A DNA stretch of 64,000 nucleotides, taken from the NCBI GenBank assembly GCA_964417925.1, contig CAYQJV010000003.1, positions 13,941 through 77,940 on the forward strand. Direction: 5' to 3'. Of this stretch, positions 18,703 to 29,053 are shown piece by piece. Made by a program: the position numbers and the translations under genes. Under the pieces are notes generated by a model. It had not been told where the DNA came from and searched no databases. It was given only the letters and a program-made list of their open reading frames with translations. Each line of letters begins with the position of its first letter. Within the stretch, counting starts at the first letter, position 1. Source of the DNA: an uncultured bacterium. GTDB lineage: Bacteria > Hydrothermota > Tepidihabitantia > B3-TA06 > CAYQJV01.

Positions 18703-19997
18703 ATGGGTAAAAAAAAACAGTTGCCATCGTTGGAAGGCCAAATGTAGGAAAATCCACATTATTTAATAGAATTACAAGGAAAAAGATAGCAATTACTCTA
18801 AGAGAGCCGGGAATTACCAGAGATGTAATTGAAGAAGAGTGTGAGTGGCAAAACAAGAAGTTTTTACTTTTAGATACCGGAGGCTATATACCACAGCCAT
18901 CGGATTCCATTTCTGAAAAGGTAAAAAAACAGGTTTTTTATGCTTTACAAAGAGCAGACTTAGTGCTTTTTGTAGTAGATGCAAAGGAAGGAATTCATCC
19001 TCTGGATTTTGAAGTGGCAGAGATTTTGAGAAGGTCAAACAAAGAAGTTATCCTTGTAATAAACAAGATGGATGTGAAGACTGCTTCCTTCAATGTGTGG
19101 GAGTTTACAAGACTCGGTTTTGAAAAAGTTTATAAGGTTTCTGCTGAGCATGGAAAAGGAATAGGAGAGCTTTTGGATGAGATAACCAAAGATATAAAAG
19201 AAGAAAAAGAATTAAATGGAGATAGAATAAATGTGATAATTGTTGGAAGACCAAATGTAGGAAAGTCCACGCTCCTTAATGCATTGGTAAAAGAGGAAAG
19301 AGTTATTGTGGATAATACTCCAGGGACTACAAGGGACCCAGTTAAAGTAGAGAAGGATAAAGAAGGAGTTAAGTTTTCGCTCATAGACACTCCAGGGGTT
19401 AAAAAGAAAAGCAAGATAAAAGATATAGTAGAGTTTCTTTCTTCTAAGAGACTTGAAAAAAGGGTGATGGAAGCAGATGTAGCAGTGGTGGTAATAGATG
19501 CTCAAGAGGGACTCACACATCTTGAAAAGACCATTACCGGATGGTTGCTTGAAGAAGGGAAAGGAGTGATTGTAGTGGTAAATAAGTGTGATCTGTTAAA
19601 GAAAAGGGAAGTTCCTGAAATTGTTCAATATGTAAAAGCCTCTTTGCATTTTGCAAGAAACATTCCCGTAGTCCCAATTTCTGCATTAAAAGAAGAGGGA
19701 TTAGAGAAAATAGAAAATGAAGTTGTAGATGTAGCAAGAGAGAGGAAGAAAAAAATATCTGCTAAAACATTGGAAGAGGTATTTGAGAACATAATTTCTT
19801 CTCATCCTCCGCCAAGAGGAGCGATAATTAAAAGAATAGTGCAGGTTGGTATAGCACCACCGAGTTTTATTATGTTGTCTCCAAAACCTGAGAGAATAGA
19901 GCATTCTTATTTGAGGTACATAAAGAACAGATTATATGATTATTTTGGGTTTAAAGGGGTTGACATAAGAATAACAGTAAAAAGGAAAATAAAATAG
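18703..19997 (+). CDS. der: Ribosome-biogenesis GTPase Der/EngA (tandem GTPase + KH-like), reading frame interrupted in an A9 homopolymer near the start
   Basis: ATG 18703 (MGKKK) runs into a stop at 18745-18747. The -1 frame from 18711 encodes KKTVAIVGRPNVGKSTLFNR (G1) ...DTGG... plus a second GTPase domain (VIIVGRPNVGKSTLLN...DTPG...NKCD) and a KH-like C-terminus. One extra A, or a -1 slip in A9 (18709-18717), gives the canonical MGKKKTVAIVGRPNVGKS. Confidence 0.8.
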
Positions 19998-20005
19998 GGA
20001 GTTAT

Positions 20006-20033
20006 TTGACATTCATAATATTCTACATACAAT
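20006..20033 (+). promoter_or_regulatory. Sigma70-like promoter TTGACA-16-TACAAT, -10 ends 6 nt before folD ATG (leaderless-type)
   Basis: TTGACA at 20006-20011, TACAAT at 20028-20033, ATG at 20040. Confidence 0.4.
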
Positions 20034-20039
20034 TTTGGG

Positions 20040-20900
20040 ATGGAAACTTTAATCCTTGATGGAAGAAAGGCTTCTGAGGAAATAAGGATGGAACTTGTGA
20101 GGGAGGTGAAGGAGTTAAATAAAAAGGGAAAAACTCCGAAACTCGTGTTTATTACAGTAGGGGATAATCCAGCATCAAAAAGTTATGTAAGGGCAAAAGA
20201 AAGGGCTTGTGTAAAAGTTGGTATTGTTACAGAAAATAAAGAGTTTAAAGAAGATGTTGAGACAAAAGAGGTGGTAGACAAAATTAAAGAGTTGAATGAA
20301 AATGATGAGGTGGATGGGATAGTGGTACAGCTTCCTCTTCCTAAGAAGATCGATAAGGAACAGGTTTTAAATGCAATAAGTATAAATAAAGATGTTGATT
20401 GCTTAAATCCTCTAAATCTTGGCTATCTTATGATTAAAGAACCCATTTTTTATCCTAATACCCCAATGGCAATAATTGAACTTTTAAAATTTTATGGAAT
20501 AAAAATTGAAGGAAGTTACGTGGTGATCCTTGGTAGAGGTAAGACTGTAGGAGTTCCGCTTGTAAATATCTTACTAAAGAAAGGTCCTTATGGAAATGCT
20601 ACTGTTACGGTATGCCATACAAAAACCAGGAATTTAAAGGATATTACATCAAGTGCAGATATTCTTGTTTCTGCAATTGGTGTACCTGGTTTTGTAAAAG
20701 GTGATCTTATAAAGGAAAATGCAGTAATCGTAGATGTAGGGATAAATGTGATTGAAGGGAAGATTGTTGGAGATGTAGATGCTAACTCTGTAATAGGTAA
20801 AGCAAAAGCTCTTTCTCCAGTTCCGGGTGGAGTAGGGCCAATGACGGTGACGATGTTGTTAAAAAATGTGATAAAGGCTGCAAAGAGGAATGTTGCTTGA
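20040..20900 (+). CDS. folD: Bifunctional methylene-THF dehydrogenase / methenyl-THF cyclohydrolase
   Basis: ILDGRKASEEIR...LVFITVGDNPASKSYVRAK...GRGKTVGVP...PVPGGVGPMTV. Confidence 0.9.
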   Translation: METLILDGRKASEEIRMELVREVKELNKKGKTPKLVFITVGDNPASKSYVRAKERACVKVGIVTENKEFKEDVETKEVVDKIKELNENDEVDGIVVQLPLPKKIDKEQVLNAISINKDVDCLNPLNLGYLMIKEPIFYPNTPMAIIELLKFYGIKIEGSYVVILGRGKTVGVPLVNILLKKGPYGNATVTVCHTKTRNLKDITSSADILVSAIGVPGFVKGDLIKENAVIVDVGINVIEGKIVGDVDANSVIGKAKALSPVPGGVGPMTVTMLLKNVIKAAKRNVA

Positions 20901-21750
20901 AGAAATACTCAAAGAAAGGAAGAAAACAATAGATAAAAAAATAGATGAGTTTTTAAAAGAAAACGGAGGTAAACTTGTTGAGGCAATGAAGTATAGCGTA
21001 TTTGCTGGAGGAAAAAGATTAAGGCCATTGCTTGCTTGGTTATCCTATGAGGCATGCGGTGGAGGAAGCGAGGAGGATATTCTTCCCTTTGCCTGTGCAG
21101 TTGAACTCGCTCATACTGCGACCCTTATTCATGATGACCTTCCTAGTATGGATGATGATGATTTAAGAAGAGGAAAACCTGCAAGTCATAAAGTATTTGG
21201 TGAGGCAATGGCGATTCTTGCAGGAGATGCATTGATAATAGCTTCATTTGAACTTGCTCTTCTTTCAAAGGCACCGAAGGATAGGGTAGTGCGGTCAGCA
21301 AGATTGCTTTCCCAGGCTATAGGATTTAAGGGGGTTACAAAAGGACAGGAACTTGATCTTTTTACAGAGGATCTTAATCCAAGAGTTTTAAGAAAGGTGC
21401 ATTTGTATAAAACTGCTGTATTTATATCTGCATGTATGGAGGGGGGAGCTCTACTTGCAGGAGCAGAGGAGAAAAAAATTCTAATGATAAGAAAAGCAGG
21501 AACATTTATGGGTATGGCATTTCAAATACAGGATGATATACTTGATGCAGTTGGAAGTGAAGAAAAATTGGGAAAAAGAGTTAAAAAAGACCAAGGAAAG
21601 CCTACATATACTGCAATTTATGGAGTGGAAGGGGCAAAAAGGATAAGAGATGGTTACTGTAGAAGAGCTAAAAAACTGTTTGATGTCTTGGGTAGGGAAT
21701 GGGAAATATTTAAAGATATAACCGACTTTGTAGCAAGGAGGGAGTATTGA
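20890..21750 (+). CDS. Polyprenyl synthetase (FPP/GGPP synthase, IspA family)
   Basis: First Asp-rich motif LIHDDLPSMDDDDLRRGKP and second Asp-rich motif FQIQDDILD. Chain-length specificity (C15 vs C20) cannot be read from the sequence by eye. Confidence 0.85.
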   Translation: MLLEEILKERKKTIDKKIDEFLKENGGKLVEAMKYSVFAGGKRLRPLLAWLSYEACGGGSEEDILPFACAVELAHTATLIHDDLPSMDDDDLRRGKPASHKVFGEAMAILAGDALIIASFELALLSKAPKDRVVRSARLLSQAIGFKGVTKGQELDLFTEDLNPRVLRKVHLYKTAVFISACMEGGALLAGAEEKKILMIRKAGTFMGMAFQIQDDILDAVGSEEKLGKRVKKDQGKPTYTAIYGVEGAKRIRDGYCRRAKKLFDVLGREWEIFKDITDFVARREY

Positions 21751-23615
21751 GTATTCTTGAGAGGATAAATTCTCCTGCAGATTTAAAAAAATTGAAACTT
21801 GAAGAGCTTGAAAAACTTACCGGAGAGATAAGGAAAAGAATAATAGAGGTAACCGCAAAAAATGGAGGGCATGTAGCACCGAATCTTGGGGTGGTTGAAC
21901 TTACAATTGCATTACACTATGTGTTTAATGCGCCGCAAGACAAAATAATATGGGATGTAGGGCATCAGTGTTATACCCATAAACTTTTGACTGGCCGAAG
22001 GAAGGCTTTTGAAACTATAAGAAGAAAGGGAGGAATTTCAGGATTTCCCAAAAGAGAGGAGAGTGAATACGATGTTTTTGGAACAGGACATGCAGGAACA
22101 TCATTATCTGCTGCTTATGGAGTTGCAGTGGCACGGGATTTACTTAATGAGAACTACCGGGTAATTGCAGTAATAGGAGATGGTTCTTTGATTTCAGGAA
22201 TGGCACTTGAAGCATTAAACCATATAGGAGCTTCAGGAAAGGATATAATGATAATTCTTAATGACAATGGAATGTCCATTGCAAAAAACCCTGGAGCTAT
22301 TGCTCTTTACCTAAACAGAATAATAACCATGCCTTTTTATAAGAGATTAAGAGCTAAGGTATGGAATTTACTTGGTAAACTTCCTGCAGAAAAAAGGGAT
22401 AGAGCAAGGAGAGTCGCAAGAAAGATAGAGAAGAGAATGAAAGGATTACTTATTCCTGGGGTATGGTTTGAGGAGCTTGGTTTTCATTATTTTGGTCCTC
22501 TTGATGGACATGATTTAAAAGGACTTATATCCTTCTTTAAGAGAATTGAGGACATTCATGGTCCTTTATTGATACATGTGTTGACAAAGAAGGGATATGG
22601 ATTTGAAATTGCCCAGGAGAATCCTGAACTCTTCCATGGAGTTGGTCCTTTTGATTTGAAGTCTTTTGAAATAATAAAGAAGGGTAGTAAAAAGAGTTAT
22701 TCTTCTTTCTTTGGAGAGACTCTTGTTGAATTTGCAGAAAAAGATAAAAGGATAGTTACAATTACTGCTGGAATGTGTCTTGGCACAGGGCTTACGAAGT
22801 TTAGAGAAAGATTTCCCCAAAGGTTCTTTGATATGGGGATAACTGAGGAACACTGTGCTACCTTTGCAGCAGGACTTACCTTGAGGGGTTTGAAGCCGGT
22901 TTTTGCTATTTATTCTACATTTTTACAGAGAGCTTTTGACCAGGTGATACATGATATTGCATTGCAGAAACTTCCGGTTATTTTCTGTATAGATAGAGCA
23001 GGCATTGTAGGAGAGGATGGTCCAACTCATCATGGAACATTTGATATTTCATACTTAAGACTCATACCCAACATAGTGGTTTCTGCTCCAAAAGATGAAG
23101 ATGAATTAAAAGACCTTTTATATACTGCTTTAAACTATGATAAAGGACCTTTTGCATTGAGATATCCAAGAAGTTCTGTAGTCGGAGTTAAAGTAAAAAA
23201 GAGCCCCCAAAAAATTGAGATAGGCAAATGGGAAGTTCTGAAAAAAGGAAGAGATGTGTGTATTCTTGCTGTTGGATCAATGGTATATCCATCTCTTGAA
23301 GCAGCAGAGATTTTGAAAAGATGTGGCATCTCTGCTCAGGTGGTGAATGCAAGATTTATAAAGCCTCTGGATGAGGGAATGCTTGAGGTGATGGCGAGAA
23401 GATTTAAAAAATTGGTAACGGTTGAAGAAAATACCTTAGAAGGTGGTTTTGGAAGCGCAGTATTGGAATTTCTTGAGAAAAAGAAAATAAAGAAGGAGGT
23501 CTTAAGGATAGGTATACCCGATAAATTTATAGAGCATGGTTCAAGGAGTGAGTTACTTTCAGAAATTGGTTTAACAAAGGAGGGTATATCGGAAAAGATT
23601 AGAATGTTTTTATGA
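21747..23615 (+). CDS. dxs: 1-deoxy-D-xylulose-5-phosphate synthase
   Basis: TPP-binding region GHAGTSLSAA...IGDGSLISGMALEALNH, and the transketolase-like middle and C-terminal domains. 622 aa. Confidence 0.9.
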   Translation: MSILERINSPADLKKLKLEELEKLTGEIRKRIIEVTAKNGGHVAPNLGVVELTIALHYVFNAPQDKIIWDVGHQCYTHKLLTGRRKAFETIRRKGGISGFPKREESEYDVFGTGHAGTSLSAAYGVAVARDLLNENYRVIAVIGDGSLISGMALEALNHIGASGKDIMIILNDNGMSIAKNPGAIALYLNRIITMPFYKRLRAKVWNLLGKLPAEKRDRARRVARKIEKRMKGLLIPGVWFEELGFHYFGPLDGHDLKGLISFFKRIEDIHGPLLIHVLTKKGYGFEIAQENPELFHGVGPFDLKSFEIIKKGSKKSYSSFFGETLVEFAEKDKRIVTITAGMCLGTGLTKFRERFPQRFFDMGITEEHCATFAAGLTLRGLKPVFAIYSTFLQRAFDQVIHDIALQKLPVIFCIDRAGIVGEDGPTHHGTFDISYLRLIPNIVVSAPKDEDELKDLLYTALNYDKGPFALRYPRSSVVGVKVKKSPQKIEIGKWEVLKKGRDVCILAVGSMVYPSLEAAEILKRCGISAQVVNARFIKPLDEGMLEVMARRFKKLVTVEENTLEGGFGSAVLEFLEKKKIKKEVLRIGIPDKFIEHGSRSELLSEIGLTKEGISEKIRMFL

Positions 23616-26600
23616 TAAATCTATTCCTTTTATTTTTTATTACGCCGAATTTTTACTCTTACTTGTCTAAGGAGGTAAATATCAGCTATGACTATGGTAT
23701 CGTATTTGAAGAAAAGTGGATTGACTCGGTCTTTCTTGGTATAGAAAGTGTAAAGACCCTGTCTTCCTATCTTGCCCAAAAAACAAGAGAATCCATGGTA
23801 AAGAAGTTTCTATCCCAAACAAAGGAGAGGTTAAAAAAGGAGTCCCTTGGATCCTTGGTTATGGAAGGACTTATCCCTAAGATAGAGATACCGGGTTTTG
23901 AAGAAGAAACTTCTATAGATATCTCCGGATCCGATCAGATCACTGTGGGTATGGGAAGTACTAAATATGCAGAAGGGCAATCTGTATCAATTGAACCGGA
24001 AATGAAGCAGGATATAAAAGTAAAGGTACTTGGAACAATAGCAAGAAAGACCCAGGTAGAGATGGACTACAGTTCTCAGAGGGAGGTGCAGGCGGAAAAT
24101 ACAATAAGAATAACATATCAGGGGGATGAAGATGAGGTGACTGAATATATAAAGGCGGGAGATATATCTTTAACAATGCCAACCACTGTTATGACCGGAG
24201 GACTCCCCACCCATAAAGGACTTTTTGGATTCAGTGGTAAATGGAGGTTTGGCCCTTTAACTCTTTATGCAGTGGCTTCTAAGGAGGAGGCTACCTCTAC
24301 GACTCAAGAGTTTACTCAAGGAATAAATGTAGAGGAAAAAAAGGATTCAATATACGATTATCAATACGAAAAGGAAAGGTTTTTTACCATTCTCAATGAT
24401 TCTATAAAAAAATATCTGGGTGATGATACAATTATTACCGGAGTAGGTGTTTATGTATTTGATTACACAACCCCTGATAGGATTACAAAACCTGCTGTTG
24501 CAACTCCTTATGGAAATCTCTATCCTGAATATAAACCTTACGATTCCAGAGAAGAAATAACAAAAGGTAACTTCTATCCTCTTGTACGAAACGAAGAGTT
24601 TTACTTTCATGAGGGGACAGGAATAATTGAACTTACAAAATCCTTTTATGGAAACTACATTCTCGCGGTTGCATGTACTACCTCTACTGGAAGAAAACTT
24701 TTCAGCTATAATGGAGATACTTTAATCCTTCTTCTTGTATGGCCAGAGAATCCAGATTCATCTCTTATTACGTGGAAAAACGAACTAAGAAATGTTTATT
24801 CTGTTGGAGATGTTAACATTAAAAACTTAAAGATAACCATAGTGAGAATATCTCCAGGAGATGCTACAGAACTTGAGACCGAAGGTCCTGCTAAAGGAAA
24901 ATCTTTTGCAGAAATTCTTGGAATAGATGCTGACGGAGATGGAATGGTGGATGCAAAGTATATGGACCCCTCCAGGGGTCTTGTATGGTTTCCATATAGA
25001 GAACCGTTTAACCATTCTGACCTCTCGGTAAGAGATTCTTCTATTTATCTTACTCGGTATGTTTCGGATCCAAAATATAAAATAATTTTTTCCTATACAC
25101 GACCTCTACAGTATCAACTTCCGGTAGGAATAAAGGAAGGAACAGTAAGAATTTGGGTAAATGGTGAAGAACTTTCTGAGGATGAATTCAGTGTAAATTA
25201 TGCTACAGGAGTGGTTACCATAAAAAGACCTGTGCCAGCAGGTGCTGAGATAAAGATAACTGCTGAGCAGACTCCTTTCTTTATAAACCCCAGAGAAGGA
25301 TCAATAGCAGGAATAAGAGCAGAGACAAAACTTACAGAAGATGCTACGATTGGATGGACCTTTTTATATAGAAATGAGAAGGAAAGGGGAGTAATAAGAC
25401 CGACCATAGGATCAGAACCGTATAGTAGAGCAATAACTGCTCTTGATCTTAAAATAGATAAAGAACTCGGGGGAATTACAGAGTTTCTTGATAGACTCCC
25501 TCTTATAAGTACTGATGAACCATCTACGATAAATTTTGAGACCGATGTAGGTATTTCAATGCCAAATCCCAACACTATGGGGACAGCCTACATTGAAGAT
25601 TTTGAAGGAATTGAGGAGAGCGATGAGCTGGTAATAACTAAGAGATGGTATCCTCCAAGTATTCCTGTTTCCAAGGACTCTGCTATAGAGACATATTCAA
25701 GGAGAAGACCACAGATAGATGTGGTGACCATAAATAAAAGGGATGTGTTTGGTGAGGTTACAGGTGATGTGTTCCAGAATCTTCAGGATGTCTTAAGAAT
25801 TGTATATACTCCAGAAGATAGTACACGGTGGAGTGGAATAATGACTGCTCTTGTCGGAGGAGAGGTTTTCGATATCACAGATAAAGATAACTTGGAGTTT
25901 ATATTTAAAACAGATGCAAAAAAAGGTAGAATCTATATAGATTTTGGTTCAGATATAGATGAAGATATGCTTCGGCTGGATAAAGATGGAAATATAAGAG
26001 GATTGGATACCTTGGATACAGAGGATAAAAATGGAAATATGATGTTAAATTTAGGGGAAGATACAGGACTGGATGGTATTGCTGGAAAGGATGGTGAGGA
26101 GGTTGCAGGAGATGATGGAAATGATGATTATGATGAGAAAACAAATCTCATGGGTACTGAGGGGAATGGAATGCTTGATACCGAAGATATTGACCAGGAC
26201 TGGGGTTGGAATGGTGGGAGTTTTACAAGAAACGATTATTATGAGGTAATGATAGATCTGGAAAAAGAAAGTGAGTATATTGAGGAACTTGAAAATGGAT
26301 GGAAGCTTCTCAGGATACCTCTTTCTGATTCATCTGCTTATAAAAAATTCGGGAGTCCCCAGGCTAAACTTATTAATGAATTCAGAGTGTGGTTTGAAGG
26401 AATGGAGGGAGTTGACACGCTTTATATTTACTCTTTAAAGTTCCAAGGCACGGTGTGGAAAGGCCTATCGGTGTATAAAGAAGACACCACCTCTGAAGAG
26501 CCGGATACCACAGAGAAGGTCTCTATTGCCCCAGTGAATAGAGAAATTGACCCTGAGTATACTTCTCCTTTTAAGCTAAGAAAAGACATAAGTGGACAGT

Positions 26601-29053
26601 ATGAAATAGAAAATGCACTTGAACTTAAGTATGAAAATATAAAACCTGGACATGGAGTCAAAATATATCGCTACAGTACAGATCCTTTGGATCTTAGAGG
26701 CTATAAAAAGATTTCTATCTACATACATGGGGATGAAGAAAGCGCTCTTTTTTTCCTTAAAATAGGTACAGATTCGTTAAACTATTATGAATATAGAAAC
26801 AAAATCAACGCAGGCAAAAAAGTTGAATATGGAGAAGGGTGGAGAGAATTTGAAATTGATCTTGCCGGGTTTGCCTCAATAAAGAAAGATTCTATACAAT
26901 CCGATACTCTCAAATTCTATGGGGATCCAACTCTGGCTAATATTAGGTACCTATCCCTTGGAATTATAAATGGAGGAGAAGGAGAAATATCGGGTAAGGT
27001 ATGGTTTAACGATATTAGGGTGAAGGATCCGTGGAGGGAAAAAGGAGTATCTTTCACAGGAAGGTTGAAATTTAAACTCGCAGATGTGGGATTTACCACT
27101 GTTAACTTTTCAAGAAGTGATCCTAACTTTGTTTCCTTTTCAGATCCAACAGGAGTTAAGGCAGGTGGACTTACAAACAATCTTTCCGTGTTTACTCAAG
27201 CAAATATTGATAAACTTTTTCCAAAAAAGGCAGGTTTTAAAATACCATTGGGGATTACTTATACACGAAGGACCTCCACTCCCAAATTTTCACCTTATGT
27301 AAGTGACTATCGAATAGGTAAAAAAGAGGCAGAAGAATTTACTGAAACGAGTGATAATAAAGGATTTAAAATTTCTTTTTCAAAAAACAAAAAGTCTAAA
27401 AATAAATTTTTAAACTACACTATAGATGCATTAAACTTAAGTACAGAGGCTTCATTAAATCATAACTTAAGGAATGCTACTAAGAATCTTGATTCTACAA
27501 GAAGTTTTAATACTAAAGCATCCTACCGAATATCTCCTCAGTTGTTCATGAAGGTTAAAGGTCGGAAGATATACTTTATACCGAATAGTATATCCCTTAC
27601 TCTATCCCAAAACTATTCCTACTCCAGGAGTTGGTCAAGAGTTTCTCCTGATGAGTCTTTTGGTAAGCCAATTTATGCAGATGAAAGAAAGACCTTTGTT
27701 ATTTCTTCTTCGGCAACTCACTCCTTTATAGAAAGATTTCTTTCTTTTAGTGCTGTATTTTCAAATACAAGAGATTTAAAGGAACCAAATTATGTAAGAG
27801 GAATCAATATAGGAAGGGATGCAGGCAAAAATTTGAGACTTACGTACAGTATTTCAGGAGTGAACTTAAAAGATTTTGGGAGGCCTGGTGTTAGTGTTCA
27901 AACAGACTATCAAGAGAATCATTCTATAGATATACAGATAGACACTTTTGATACGCGAAATCTCAATAACTCCTTTAATCTAAATGCCTCCTGGCCTGGT
28001 ATAAATACAGGCGGAATTATTGAAAAAATTAAGTTTATTTTTCCTCAAAAGGATACAGTAGAAAAGAAAGGATCTCCTCGATGGTTGATTCATACCTTTG
28101 CTTCAATTTTGAAAAAAGTTAGACCTTTGGAGGTTTCCTATGGGTACTCTAAAAGTTCTTCCTATCAGTACTACCTTGGGGTTCCATCTACAAGATACAT
28201 ACTTGGGTTTGAAGATAGTATTCCTCTGTATGGAGAAGACAGCACAGTTCAGTATTTAGGTACGGGTTCAAGAAGAAGAGAGCATCGGCTATCTCTGGAG
28301 ACAGGGGCTACTGTAGGAGATATTAATCTAAATTTGAGAGCGAATAAAAATGCTTCCTTCACATTGAACTTTGGGCAGACGAACTTTTCTTATTCATATA
28401 TTCTTCCTTCTGTATCTCTGAATATTTACAACCTTTCAAAGCACATCAAGAAATTTCTTCCAACACTGCAGAATGCATCTTTAAACTCTTCTTTTGAAAG
28501 GAAAAAGACCTATAATGGAACCATAGAGTATCAAGATAATGGAGGGATGATCGCGGATACAAATGCAGTAACTGAAGAGATGAATTTCTCACCCCTTGTG
28601 TCTCTCTCAACCTATTGGAAGAGGAAGGTTACCCTCACTGCCCAGGTTACCCATCAAGATACAAGAACCATAAGGATTTTTGGAGAGCTTGGAACTACTG
28701 TTACACGTTACAAAAAAACCGATTATGAATTCTCTGCTGGATACTTATTTAGTGCTCCTTCAGGGCTTAAAATACCTTGGCTGAGAAATGTGAGGTTTAA
28801 AAATGACCTTAATCTCAATGCAACCTTTATGGTTTCAGAAATTAAAAATTCAAAGTATGATGAGTCCACAGGTGAAGAAGATGTGTTGATAGATGATATA
28901 GAAAAACAGCTTACTGTATCTGCATCTTACAACTTTTCAAATACCTTTACAGGAGGACTTAATTTTATTTACAAATCAAAACATTCTCGGGTGAATCCGA
29001 GGTATGATTATTCTCAGTATCGTCTTGATGTGGTAATTACTATAAAATTCTGA
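23612..29053 (+). CDS. Giant (1813 aa) secreted outer-membrane beta-barrel protein, SprA/Sov-like (candidate T9SS translocon)
   Basis: N-terminal signal sequence. Extreme length. The C-terminal third is rich in alternating S/T/N/Y/F beta-strand-like segments and ends in ...VITIKF with a terminal Phe (OMP signature). An internal Asp/Gly-rich segment is present. The context has a T9SS CTD cargo and a PorX-like regulator. The family assignment (SprA) is tentative. Confidence 0.4.
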   Translation: MINLFLLFFITPNFYSYLSKEVNISYDYGIVFEEKWIDSVFLGIESVKTLSSYLAQKTRESMVKKFLSQTKERLKKESLGSLVMEGLIPKIEIPGFEEETSIDISGSDQITVGMGSTKYAEGQSVSIEPEMKQDIKVKVLGTIARKTQVEMDYSSQREVQAENTIRITYQGDEDEVTEYIKAGDISLTMPTTVMTGGLPTHKGLFGFSGKWRFGPLTLYAVASKEEATSTTQEFTQGINVEEKKDSIYDYQYEKERFFTILNDSIKKYLGDDTIITGVGVYVFDYTTPDRITKPAVATPYGNLYPEYKPYDSREEITKGNFYPLVRNEEFYFHEGTGIIELTKSFYGNYILAVACTTSTGRKLFSYNGDTLILLLVWPENPDSSLITWKNELRNVYSVGDVNIKNLKITIVRISPGDATELETEGPAKGKSFAEILGIDADGDGMVDAKYMDPSRGLVWFPYREPFNHSDLSVRDSSIYLTRYVSDPKYKIIFSYTRPLQYQLPVGIKEGTVRIWVNGEELSEDEFSVNYATGVVTIKRPVPAGAEIKITAEQTPFFINPREGSIAGIRAETKLTEDATIGWTFLYRNEKERGVIRPTIGSEPYSRAITALDLKIDKELGGITEFLDRLPLISTDEPSTINFETDVGISMPNPNTMGTAYIEDFEGIEESDELVITKRWYPPSIPVSKDSAIETYSRRRPQIDVVTINKRDVFGEVTGDVFQNLQDVLRIVYTPEDSTRWSGIMTALVGGEVFDITDKDNLEFIFKTDAKKGRIYIDFGSDIDEDMLRLDKDGNIRGLDTLDTEDKNGNMMLNLGEDTGLDGIAGKDGEEVAGDDGNDDYDEKTNLMGTEGNGMLDTEDIDQDWGWNGGSFTRNDYYEVMIDLEKESEYIEELENGWKLLRIPLSDSSAYKKFGSPQAKLINEFRVWFEGMEGVDTLYIYSLKFQGTVWKGLSVYKEDTTSEEPDTTEKVSIAPVNREIDPEYTSPFKLRKDISGQYEIENALELKYENIKPGHGVKIYRYSTDPLDLRGYKKISIYIHGDEESALFFLKIGTDSLNYYEYRNKINAGKKVEYGEGWREFEIDLAGFASIKKDSIQSDTLKFYGDPTLANIRYLSLGIINGGEGEISGKVWFNDIRVKDPWREKGVSFTGRLKFKLADVGFTTVNFSRSDPNFVSFSDPTGVKAGGLTNNLSVFTQANIDKLFPKKAGFKIPLGITYTRRTSTPKFSPYVSDYRIGKKEAEEFTETSDNKGFKISFSKNKKSKNKFLNYTIDALNLSTEASLNHNLRNATKNLDSTRSFNTKASYRISPQLFMKVKGRKIYFIPNSISLTLSQNYSYSRSWSRVSPDESFGKPIYADERKTFVISSSATHSFIERFLSFSAVFSNTRDLKEPNYVRGINIGRDAGKNLRLTYSISGVNLKDFGRPGVSVQTDYQENHSIDIQIDTFDTRNLNNSFNLNASWPGINTGGIIEKIKFIFPQKDTVEKKGSPRWLIHTFASILKKVRPLEVSYGYSKSSSYQYYLGVPSTRYILGFEDSIPLYGEDSTVQYLGTGSRRREHRLSLETGATVGDINLNLRANKNASFTLNFGQTNFSYSYILPSVSLNIYNLSKHIKKFLPTLQNASLNSSFERKKTYNGTIEYQDNGGMIADTNAVTEEMNFSPLVSLSTYWKRKVTLTAQVTHQDTRTIRIFGELGTTVTRYKKTDYEFSAGYLFSAPSGLKIPWLRNVRFKNDLNLNATFMVSEIKNSKYDESTGEEDVLIDDIEKQLTVSASYNFSNTFTGGLNFIYKSKHSRVNPRYDYSQYRLDVVITIKF

